A stretch of 56,633 nt of DNA, counting the filler, from Circinaria calcarea (Eukaryota), in assembly GCA_051942165.1 (NCBI GenBank). It is 6 parts of 6 records of this genome, joined end to end, with 100 filler letters (N's around TTAATTAATTAA, not from the genome) between each part and the next. Parts side by side here need not be neighbours in the genome. Positions count along the whole stretch, not along the records: positions 47,312 to 56,633 come from JAVECS010000950.1; 5 more parts are not named here. One strand, written 5' to 3'. The position numbers were made by a program, and so were the translations under genes. Positions 47,663-56,633 of the stretch are shown piece after piece (position 1 is the stretch's first letter; every line of letters starts with the position of its first letter). The notes beneath the pieces are model-generated. The model worked only from the letters and a program-made list of their open reading frames with translations. It had not been told where the DNA came from and searched no databases.

Positions 47663-49896
47663 ATGGGTGTAAGTGTCTCCAAATCTCACGCTCTTACCCC
47701 TCCAAACCCCGCCATTTGAAGCTGGAATCGCATTTTACAGTCCACGCAAGCCAAACGCACAACTGACAATTCCACCTTTATAGCTTGCTTCGAAGCTCGC
47801 AGCGGCTCAAGGTCCAGGTGGATATCCTCCGCCTGGTGGTCCTCCGCCAGCTGGTGGATATCCTCCCCAATTGCAAGCGGGCGGTGCTCCGAAGCCTGGG
47901 GCCTACGTATGATGACCCTGTCCCAAGGCTCAGCCGCCCACATGCTAAGCCTTCTTAGCCCGGACAAGGTCAATATCAACCTTATCCCGGTGCCAACCCA
48001 GTAAGCATCCTTCTCATTACTCTTTTCATGCGACTCAACTTTCATCCCAACTCGGCGAACCACCATCGACTTTCTCGTCCATTATACCGCTTAGGCTCGC
48101 TGTCGCAATGACACAACGGCCTTTCCAACAGTATCCCGGACAATACAACGCGCAACCCCCGTATCCGACGTCTCCGCAACCGCCGTACGGCCAAGGCTAC
48201 CAGCACCCTCCACCAGGCCAACCACCTGCCTATGGCCAGCAGCCTCCCTATAATCCAGGATCACAAGGCTACAGCAGACCGCCTCCCCCACCTCCACAAT
48301 CATACGGCGGTTATCCTCAACGACAATCGTATGGACAGCCCGCCGCACCACAATACCCACCCCAAGCACCTTACCCCCTGGCACCAGGATCGGGTTATGT
48401 TTGTTGATCTTCTATTTGGATCTGATTATTGAAGATGTTGCTAACTCTTATTGAAATTAGAATCCGGGTACTCAATACCCTCCTCAGGGTGCTCCGCAGG
48501 GACAATATCCTCCCCCCGGCGGTCAGCAATATGGTGCTTCACAAGGCCAGCCGGCTGGCCCACAGGAAGTGGCTCAATACAAGCAGCTTTTGCTAGCAAC
48601 CGTCCAGGAGAAAGGCTTGCAAAACATGTATCCCCCGAACGATCGTCGTCTCGACGAGTTAGCAAGTCGCGCTCCAGCGCAAGTCGCCCAGTTATGCCAA
48701 AGATGGGGAGTTCCGCGAGAAATCGGACAAGACATAGTCAAGCTTGGCCTATTCAATATCATTATCTATATTGGTATTCTTCAAGACTTCTTATCATAAT
48801 TTAGGTGCTAATAGAACCAGACAACAGTGGTTCCATGGCATTCGAAGAAAAAGGTGAACGCATCAAAGATCTCAAACTTATATTGTCCCGAGTTGCATAT
48901 GCAGCTTCGTTGTTCGACTCGGATGGAATTAATCTTCGCTTCATGAACTGGAAATTAACCCCAGCTGAAACGGAGAGAGTTCTTGACAACATAAGGTCAG
49001 AACAACAAGTCGAGGCTCTTGTTGCTCAAGTACCTTTCAAGGGTCTTACCCCAATTGGAACTGAACTGCGTAACCAAGTAATCGACCCTCTCGTTCTCGG
49101 TAAGGCTCGGAAACAAGCGTTAGAGAAGCCAGTCTTGATCATCACCATCACCGATGGTCAGCCAGCTGGCGAGAACCCGGGTACTTTGGCAGAGACCATT
49201 CGCCATACGGCCAACGAGCTGTCCCGCATGCCCCAGTATGGGCGTGGTGCTGCTTCATTTCAATTTGCCCAAGTTGGAAACGATAAACAAGCGCAGGAAT
49301 TCTTATCGTCGCTTGATAGTGAACCAGGAATCGGCGATGTGATTGACTGCACGTCAAGTATGTCTCCATCCTGTTCCAACGTGTTGAGTTAGGAAAGTTA
49401 ATATATCCAGATTTTGAAAACGAGCAGGAGCAAATGATGAAGTCAAATCCGCCTGTCGATCTGACTCCGGACCTTTGGGTACGTGAGAGACTAGAGATTT
49501 ATCAATGTGTGAATACTAATACCACTGCAGCTGATTAAGCTCATGCTCGGTTCAATTGATTCTTCATATGATACTCAAGACGAGCAGAGCGCTCGTCCCC
49601 AAGGAGGACAAGGCTATGGTGCTCCACCTCCAGGTCAGTATGGTGCTCCTCCTCCAGGGCAACATGGTGCTCCAGGCGGATATGGTCAGCAACAAGGGGG
49701 CTATCCACCTGCGGGCCAAGGGTATGGTCAGCCTCCCGCCCAGCAAGGCTATGGACAGCATCCGCAGCCAGGGGGCTATGGGCAACCTCCGCCGCAGCAG
49801 GGTTATGGACGTCCACCGCCACAAGGAGGTTATTCACCACAAGGAGGTTATCCGGGCCAGCAGGGTTATGGAGCTCCTCCTCCACCCAGGTACTGA
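47663..49896 (+). CDS. vWA-domain protein flanked by P/G/Q/Y-rich low-complexity arms (resembles proteins annotated RfeF-like), multi-exon
   Basis: 6-nt first exon ATGGGT|GTAAGT gives [16 protein letters not shown]-like [48 protein letters not shown] repeats at both ends. Confidence 0.85.
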
Positions 49897-50710
49897 GGAT
49901 ATCAGGTACGCTTAGATCAGCAAAGGGGATACACGAGCATCATTTGAATGCTGGGACGAGCATGATAACGAAAAAGTCTGCTGTCTGTTCAAAATGAAAT
50001 TAATCAAGTATATTATCACATGAGACAACGGCGGCTAGCGTGACATGCTCGGAAGTGCAGCATCGATCTTTAAAGAGTACCCAGGACCTTGTATTCACGT
50101 AGATACTTGATTTGACATTGTGATTTGTGAGAAGGGCAGATTCCCTGTAGGCCGGTAACTCCTGTGCAATATTTTTTTTTCAGTAATGAAGGCTTAAAGA
50201 TATGATTGGCTGTGTGTGCCAAGTAAGCCTCGTTGTCCAAAGGCCTACTGCATTGCAGGCGGGTGGCATCGCCGAACTCCAGCAGTGTGTGGAGCATTCC
50301 AGCGGGAAGCACTCCTTAGAGGAAATATGTGTTCCTTAGCCTTGCATATTTATATAGCCCTCGACTTCAAGGATTCCTAAGAGTTCTACTTACATATGTC
50401 TCTCTATGTTTATGGGTTTATAGCACCGTCCTAAATAGCCCCAAATATCCAGCCGGGCGCTGCTAGTTACACAAGGTCTGTGTAACCTCATATGCAAGTA
50501 ACCGCCCACCTCGGCAGGACTGTTCGAGATGATTGGCAATCGGAGATCATCTACCTTTCCCTAGGCACCTTCTTTTCTGTTTAGGCATCATATCGTGCCC
50601 TCCTTAGCAGCTGCGACGCTTGGTGCTCTCCTTTTCTGTACTTACATATAGTACATAGTTACCACTTTCACATATACCTTACACATCGCTGAGCGCATGC
50701 TACAAACGTT

Positions 50711-52936
50711 ATGCCACTCGATAGCCAGTTCTCCCTTTCATTGGAGCTCAGCAAGGTGATTCCCTTTGGATCGACTCTCACTGCTGCCAGCCGTGGCATG
50801 CTCCATCTTGTTAGGGAGCTCCAGAATTCAGGATCTAACATCGTCACCGAGGAGGATTTGGCCGAAGTTTTCGGGAGAAATTTCATTGCACCGCATTTTG
50901 CTAGTACATTTCGGACTGCAGTCAAGACCTCTGCCATCTATCGCTTTTCTGAAATCGCAGAGCTTGTCCTTGAGGCTGGAGCAGGGCCAACTGTTCGACG
51001 CGCTGTGAAAGATTCACTTTATTTTCCCACAGTCGTACAGCTGTCTTTGCTGTTGTGGCCCCATGATATTAATACCCTCGCGAGAGCATTGGCAAAGGCG
51101 TTGGAACACAGAGCGCCGCAAGGTGCCTGCAGTGTTCCTAGAATCGATGCGTTGCTAGGCACGTTGCGATGCATCCGTCAGCAAACTAGCGGCTTCATGT
51201 GGGAGCTGCTATTCGCCGCGGAGGAGCAGCGATTAAAGGATCATCTTCTCCTAACAGCGCCGTTTGAATCCCGGCCAATTCCATACATAATTCTACAGAG
51301 TCTTCTAGATGCCTTAACAGCAATCCAAAGAATGCCTGACAGTTATCACCTGCAGGTCCGTACCATACAGGGTATCGTTACCTTGGTAGTATGGGCCCAT
51401 CATGTGCTTGGGATAACGCTAGAAGTTCAATCAGATCACGGTGTAGTCAAGATTGGCAAAGACACAACAAGAATGACTATCGATTGCAGATCGGAGTCTT
51501 CGACTCCCGAAGTCATTTTGTTCAATGAAGTGCAAGATCTTACCTTTCGAGCTGTGGCAGACGCAAACGAGGATCCAATGCTGGATCCTGATTGCCGGCA
51601 TCCCCTTCACGGTTATGGCTCTAAGACTATTAGTCTTCAGTTTGATGATACATCTTATGCACGAGACCTCGTCCTTCACGTTGTCAATTCGACTTTGCGA
51701 ATCGCCGAGGAATCAGTGGCAGAACAGCAAAGAGAAGGTCTCGATGTCTTGGGCAATATTCACACCCCGTCCAAGCAGCAGATCATTGCGGCAGCGAGCG
51801 TGTTGTTCCCGCAGTATGATATCTCTATGAGCGAGTTAGACTCGTTGGCCCAGGAGATATGTTTACTTCGGTCAGACTGGCAAATCGACAAGCTTCCTTC
51901 TGCACTTATCAAGGCTTCTCCAGCAAATATTCATTCAAACAAGTCATTGCAGCGTCTGGCGAAGGATTTGTCTCATCTTATCTTTGCTCTATCTATGGTA
52001 GGTAATGTGGAGGAGTTGAAGCGCGTTCCATTGAGTCTATACTCTCTGCCCGCGTACCCTGCTCCTACAGTGCATTGCCCAACCGCACGGGACGCATTCG
52101 AGACGATGGCCATTCTTCTTTTAGGCGAAGTACCAAGTAAGAAGAAACTCGCAAATGCAGCCGTTGTTAGTGCCTGGGGATGGAGTCTCTGTGTCAGCTC
52201 CATTGTTGCTGTGGACCCGGGCGACGTAAGGTCAGATTTTGCTATTGTGGAGGGAGTTCCTTCAAAATTTGGAGAGCGCAAAGAGTGGGTAGAGGATGCA
52301 GCTTGCAGCCTCATAACTGATGATGATAGTAACCGCTATATTCGGGGTAAAAACTTGAGGGTAGGGACGGTATTGGCAAGATCTGGAGACGCAGTTGCTT
52401 TGAAAAGCTTTATTAGGTTCTCATCCTTGCAATACTATGTTGGCTTGACAGAAACTACCTTCAGTGTGTTCAAGAAGTTCACATATGACTTCGAAGCGCG
52501 CAAAGAAGCTGTGATATTTCGAATCGGGTTTCGAAGGATGCAAGACCTTTACTGGGACACGTGTCCGATACGAAGCTGTGATCATGACATATATCCTGAA
52601 TCTGAGTTCATTGTACCTGAAGACACGGAGGTCTTCGCAGGCTTGGGTCGGCCACTATTGACAGACGAGGAAGCAGATTACTATTTGGCGCAGCTACATC
52701 TAGATGGACGGCCTGCCCCGATCGTACATCTTTTACATATCATTATTGGCGCCGGGGAAAGCCCTACACGTTGGGTGCTGCTTTATAACATGACTGTGTG
52801 GTTGGGTCCAGAAAAGCGCCGAAAAGGTCACAAAGCCATCTACATAAGGTGTGGAGGATGTTGTATAGAATGCGCGATAGCAACTGTCAAAAGGAACATG
52901 CTTGGTAACGACGTCAAGATGGGATTGCTCCTCTGA
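50711..52936 (+). CDS. Intronless 741-aa hypothetical protein with C-terminal CxxCCxxC motif
   Basis: Uninterrupted long ORF; N-terminal SGSNIVTEEDLAEVFGR...GPTV...VVQLSLL; C-terminal IYIRCGGCCIECAI. Confidence 0.85.
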   Translation: MPLDSQFSLSLELSKVIPFGSTLTAASRGMLHLVRELQNSGSNIVTEEDLAEVFGRNFIAPHFASTFRTAVKTSAIYRFSEIAELVLEAGAGPTVRRAVKDSLYFPTVVQLSLLLWPHDINTLARALAKALEHRAPQGACSVPRIDALLGTLRCIRQQTSGFMWELLFAAEEQRLKDHLLLTAPFESRPIPYIILQSLLDALTAIQRMPDSYHLQVRTIQGIVTLVVWAHHVLGITLEVQSDHGVVKIGKDTTRMTIDCRSESSTPEVILFNEVQDLTFRAVADANEDPMLDPDCRHPLHGYGSKTISLQFDDTSYARDLVLHVVNSTLRIAEESVAEQQREGLDVLGNIHTPSKQQIIAAASVLFPQYDISMSELDSLAQEICLLRSDWQIDKLPSALIKASPANIHSNKSLQRLAKDLSHLIFALSMVGNVEELKRVPLSLYSLPAYPAPTVHCPTARDAFETMAILLLGEVPSKKKLANAAVVSAWGWSLCVSSIVAVDPGDVRSDFAIVEGVPSKFGERKEWVEDAACSLITDDDSNRYIRGKNLRVGTVLARSGDAVALKSFIRFSSLQYYVGLTETTFSVFKKFTYDFEARKEAVIFRIGFRRMQDLYWDTCPIRSCDHDIYPESEFIVPEDTEVFAGLGRPLLTDEEADYYLAQLHLDGRPAPIVHLLHIIIGAGESPTRWVLLYNMTVWLGPEKRRKGHKAIYIRCGGCCIECAIATVKRNMLGNDVKMGLLL

Positions 52937-54319
52937 ATTAGGAATGCTAGAAACAGTCGTGTATCGGACCTATCAGAAAGTGAAATCAATACAAAGGTTC
53001 ATGCTCGACTGCATCGTAAAGGCCTTCAATTAGATTCGCCAAGAGTGTACTTTGATGTACAGTAGATGAGGATCTACATACCGCTATCCTACTGTTCAGT
53101 CGACTCTTCCGATAAAGCTGCAGCAAACACAAAATTTCAGCTATGAACATAGTGAATTATTCGATCTATTATCACTCTAGCAAAGATAGCCAGGGACGAG
53201 TATCAGCTGTTTGCGTTGATAGCCTTAGAAGGCTGGCCATTTGGTGACTGTCTATAAAGGAAAAATTTAGGCTTTCGGTGTTTACCATTAAAACGTTCAT
53301 TGAACACCCTTGTCTGCCAGCTTCGTTTGAATGACCTGTACGATAGAATTGGACTCTCGATCCGAAGATGTCTAGGGAGAGGAAACTATCCAATATGGCC
53401 TGCGGAGAAGTCGATCCAACATACAATGCCACTGCCATGGGACATAAGAAACGTACCAACCTAACCTCTCTGGGTTGAAGGCATGGATAGAAACGGTAAT
53501 CGACGGAGTACCTGCCTCAGATGTCGGATGATTCTTCTCGAGTACTGGGAAGTGAATAGCTACGGGATCAAGCAATAGAAGGATATTGCCGATGCACGCT
53601 ACAGACCTTGAATGTACCCGTCACAAGCCAGAAAAGATATGAAAGACCAGTCGATACCCACTGACGCTACATTTAAGATCCATCCTAAGGTATAAGCAGC
53701 TCACCGATCTCCGTAGCAAGTTATGGCCGAGTACCAGAACCAGACCGGACTTTGCAACCTAAAGAATGAGTCCTATCCCGAGAAGAATACGATCTGGACA
53801 GCTTTACTGGATACTTTACTAAGGACATTCATCCTGAAGCCCGCTAAGCTACACAGAGGAATGCTGAAGACATTGCGGAAAATGGCAAGCACAACGACGC
53901 TGGGAGTATCTTCCACAGTAATATAGAAAATGAAGCCGGATATTCTACTGAAGGTCCATGACAAAGCTCGAAATGGAAGGTGTTTGATTACGAACTGAGC
54001 TGGTGGTACTCTCCCTAGGATAGAACGTTAGTAGGTAGGTAGTTTTCAGTTGCTATGCAGAAGAGTCATTTGAGCAAATATGCCCCCGGCAGTTTTCTTT
54101 GAATGTAGATGGACAATTTCTTGGGATGGAGATTATAAAACGGAGGTTATCTCAATGTCACATTTTAGTATATACTACTGAGAAGCTCGCAATGCATGAT
54201 TTGAGTGCCTTTCTCCGTTGTCCCGCAGATAGGAGCAGAACTATTCATTTAATATGCCGGCATCTTCCGCTCCTTCTACCGTCCATCCGCCATATTAGTA
54301 TCGTTTCCATCCTCCCTTC

Positions 54320-55567
54320 TCACATCTCTACCCCCTTTCCATCTGTCGTGTCCTTCTCTAAAACCCAGAACGCATCAACAATATCCTTTGCACTTTCGGG
54401 TTCCTCAACTGGAGGCCTCCGCCTTCGTCTTCCCCTATGCGTACGTTTTCGCTTCTGTCCCCTGGAATCCGATGGTCCGTCAAGGAGATCTGCTAGCTGC
54501 TTTTCCTCGGTCTCGGTGGCTGGCTGCTCCTCCTCGGTGGCGAGCTGCTCCTCCTCGGTGGCGAGCTGCTTTTCCTCACTCTCGGTAGCTAGTTGCCTTT
54601 CCTTGGTGGCTGGTGCCTTACGTCTGCGCCTACGTCTCCGTTTTCTTCTTTTGTTATCCGGCGGCCCCTGAGGAAGATCTGCTGGCTGCTCTGTATCAGT
54701 GGCCGATGCCTCCGTGTGAGTATGCGTGGTTGGGTTAAGGCTCATCGGTGAGTGTGATTTCTCGGCCTCCGGAGCTGGCATCCCTTGTGATTTTGCGACT
54801 CCCGATGCCGAAGGAGGATCGTCTCTGGGTGGGGTTGCTGCCCCCATTTCTCCTCTACTTCCCGTGATCCTGACCTGCTTCTCTTCTTCTCCATCCCTCT
54901 TGTTGTCTTCTGCCTCTTTCTCTTTCCGTAACTCTGCTCCTTCCTTCCCTTGCCTTTCTCCCTTCACAGTCATCCCATCCCCTCTCACACTCACCTGCAA
55001 TCCCTCTGCCAGTTTCCGAAATTTTCTCACGCAACTTTCCGTCCACACCCTCATTTGCCCAAGTTTGACCTCGGGCAACGCTTTACTCGCCTCTATTCGA
55101 TCCATCGCTCTCGCCATATACCCCGCCGTGTCTCGGAAAAACGCAGTCGCTTTGGTAACTCTTTGTGTCATTCTTTCGCGTTCTGCTTCGAAATTTGTTA
55201 TAATGAGGTTGGCGGTGATACTGCTGTTGGAGGTTTCGAGGGAAAGTCCTCCTTCCAGGTGATTGGTCGATGGAGTGGGGTTTGAGGACGGGGAAGGTGT
55301 TTCGCGTACTCTGTTTTCTGCAGGCGGAAGATCGTGGGGCAATAGACTTGATTTGGATGGTGGATGTTCCTCGATGTCCAGCGACTTCGCGTCCGAACTC
55401 ACCCTCTCAAATGGATCCACTTCTTCGGAAGGTAGAAGAATTTCTTCTGATGCGCGCTCTCCAGCCACCAAACAGGTTCGACCACTGTTACCATTCTCCA
55501 CCACCACCCCACCATCAGCTGGTGTCATCCCGTTCAGATCCTCCGGAGCAGTGTCATACGAAGCCAT
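54320..55567 (-). CDS. Hypothetical low-complexity protein with internal EEQLATE repeats and Arg-rich basic tracts
   Basis: Long open frame from MASYDTAPE; central helical segment; KRRKRRRRRRRK; 21-nt tandem repeats at about 54495-54610. Confidence 0.55.
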   Translation of the reverse strand: MASYDTAPEDLNGMTPADGGVVVENGNSGRTCLVAGERASEEILLPSEEVDPFERVSSDAKSLDIEEHPPSKSSLLPHDLPPAENRVRETPSPSSNPTPSTNHLEGGLSLETSNSSITANLIITNFEAERERMTQRVTKATAFFRDTAGYMARAMDRIEASKALPEVKLGQMRVWTESCVRKFRKLAEGLQVSVRGDGMTVKGERQGKEGAELRKEKEAEDNKRDGEEEKQVRITGSRGEMGAATPPRDDPPSASGVAKSQGMPAPEAEKSHSPMSLNPTTHTHTEASATDTEQPADLPQGPPDNKRRKRRRRRRRKAPATKERQLATESEEKQLATEEEQLATEEEQPATETEEKQLADLLDGPSDSRGQKRKRTHRGRRRRRPPVEEPESAKDIVDAFWVLEKDTTDGKGVEM

Positions 55568-56118
55568 AGTCACTTAGGTAATAATCCTCTGCTTTGTAGT
55601 TTGGTGATATTCGGAAGATAGATACTAGCGAACGGTAGCGGTGATGAACAAGACGGTTGATGATATACAGCTCGTGCTTGACGAAATTCGAGAGGTATCA
55701 GGAACCACCGTGATGGGCAGATGGTTGGTGAAACGAACGAAGAACGGAAGATAAGCAGGTTCCGGAAGAATCTGGAGATAAGTGGAATCCCAGCGTGAAA
55801 TGTCCGACGTTTGTATCACGCCTTCCAGCACGTTCCGTGGCAAGAGGATGCCGTCAGTGTTGTCTTTCTATTATCGATGTCACAAACTTTGTGCTCATTC
55901 GGTTTCAGTACATGTTTGTCTCATGTTGTTCTTTCAACCGATCATGACCGTACTTGATGGTGCTGGAAAGTGGTAGGTTGGTGTTGATATTGGTATTAAC
56001 TCAGTTGCCGTTTAGCTGTCAGCTTTCTTTACCTCGAAACAGACGCAGAGCATTTTTTCTTCATGTCAACAAACACAAAGCACACAACATACTCAATACC
56101 CATCAGCTAACCCCAAAA

Positions 56119-56633
56119 ATGACTCATACAGCCCCCTCTCAATCTTCAAATCCCCTCAGCGGAGAAGAGCCATGCCTGCAACAAGAGCACCATCTATCTG
56201 AGAAAAGAGTTCGAGCCATCACAGGCGCACCAGAAAACCCGCTTCAGAAAGAAAACGAACTGCTTAGGAAGTCCAATGAAGTACTCCGGGAGATGAATAA
56301 CCTGCTCAAGGAGTCCAATGAAGCACTCTGGAAGTCCAACGAACAATCCCAGGAATCCAATAGAACACTCAGGACGACTAATAGAGATCTCAAGAAGACC
56401 AATGGATTTCCCACGAAGACCAACAAAATACCCAGGAAGGCCAATGAAGTTCTCAGGGAGTTCTTAAACCGACTCCAGGCATTGAACGAATCATACCAAG
56501 AATCAACCAGCATCCCTACCACTCTCCACAAATTAAACTCCCCCAGCCTCAAAAACCACAACCAAACCGACTCAAGCCCCCAAACCCCGAAGCGTCCAAC
56601 AAACCCCTTCAACGCTCCCAAGAGCCCATGCAC
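56119..56633 (+). CDS. Partial ORF with Asn/Leu heptad coiled-coil repeats (no stop before window end; absent from ORF track)
   Basis: MTHTAPSQ...ENELLRK-SNEVLRE-MNNLLKE-SNEALWK-SNEQSQE-SNRTLRT-TNRDLKK-TNGFPTK-TNKIPRK-ANEVLRE...; frame open to 56633. Confidence 0.55.
   Translation, partial: MTHTAPSQSSNPLSGEEPCLQQEHHLSEKRVRAITGAPENPLQKENELLRKSNEVLREMNNLLKESNEALWKSNEQSQESNRTLRTTNRDLKKTNGFPTKTNKIPRKANEVLREFLNRLQALNESYQESTSIPTTLHKLNSPSLKNHNQTDSSPQTPKRPTNPFNAPKSPC

Noticed and set aside
56244..56633. 129-aa hydrophobic minus-strand ORF
   Set aside because: Better explained as the antisense of the plus-strand Asn-heptad ORF.

Overview
Fungal genomic DNA (intron-rich, filamentous ascomycete). It is not one locus: six ~9.3-9.4 kb contigs of decreasing length (9400, 9382, 9368, 9331, 9330, 9322 bp) are joined by artificial 100-nt spacers (N-run + TTAATTAATTAA + N-run), so gene neighbourhood only means something within a contig. 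Contig 1: decayed tailoring-type genes (BBE-type FAD oxidase pseudogene, SDR, 5'-truncated P450) and an intact S53 sedolisin. Contig 2 holds the main find, a candidate fungal RiPP (dikaritin-type) locus. It has two DUF3328/UstYa-type oxidases, each with twin HxxHC motifs recovered by manual splicing, and a CYP52-clan P450. It also has a spliced 54-aa secreted precursor-like peptide, missed by the ORF track, with one Tyr-free, Trp-x-Trp putative core (signal-KR-DEATPTSNTTTVDEDEAAIWRWAHT-RR-HPK). A Pth11-like membrane protein lies beside it. Contig 3: alpha/beta hydrolase with an apparently non-canonical triad, an acidic protein and a Zn2Cys6 TF. Contig 4: small Cys-rich protein, aminodeoxychorismate synthase, multi-C2H2 protein, atypical SDR. 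Contig 5: TF fragment, micro membrane protein, Cys-rich two-domain protein, HPP protein, PD-(D/E)XK-like ORF. Contig 6: vWA/Pro-Gly-Gln-rich protein, two hypothetical proteins and an Asn-heptad coiled-coil ORF. Gene models were spliced by eye; no database searches were run.
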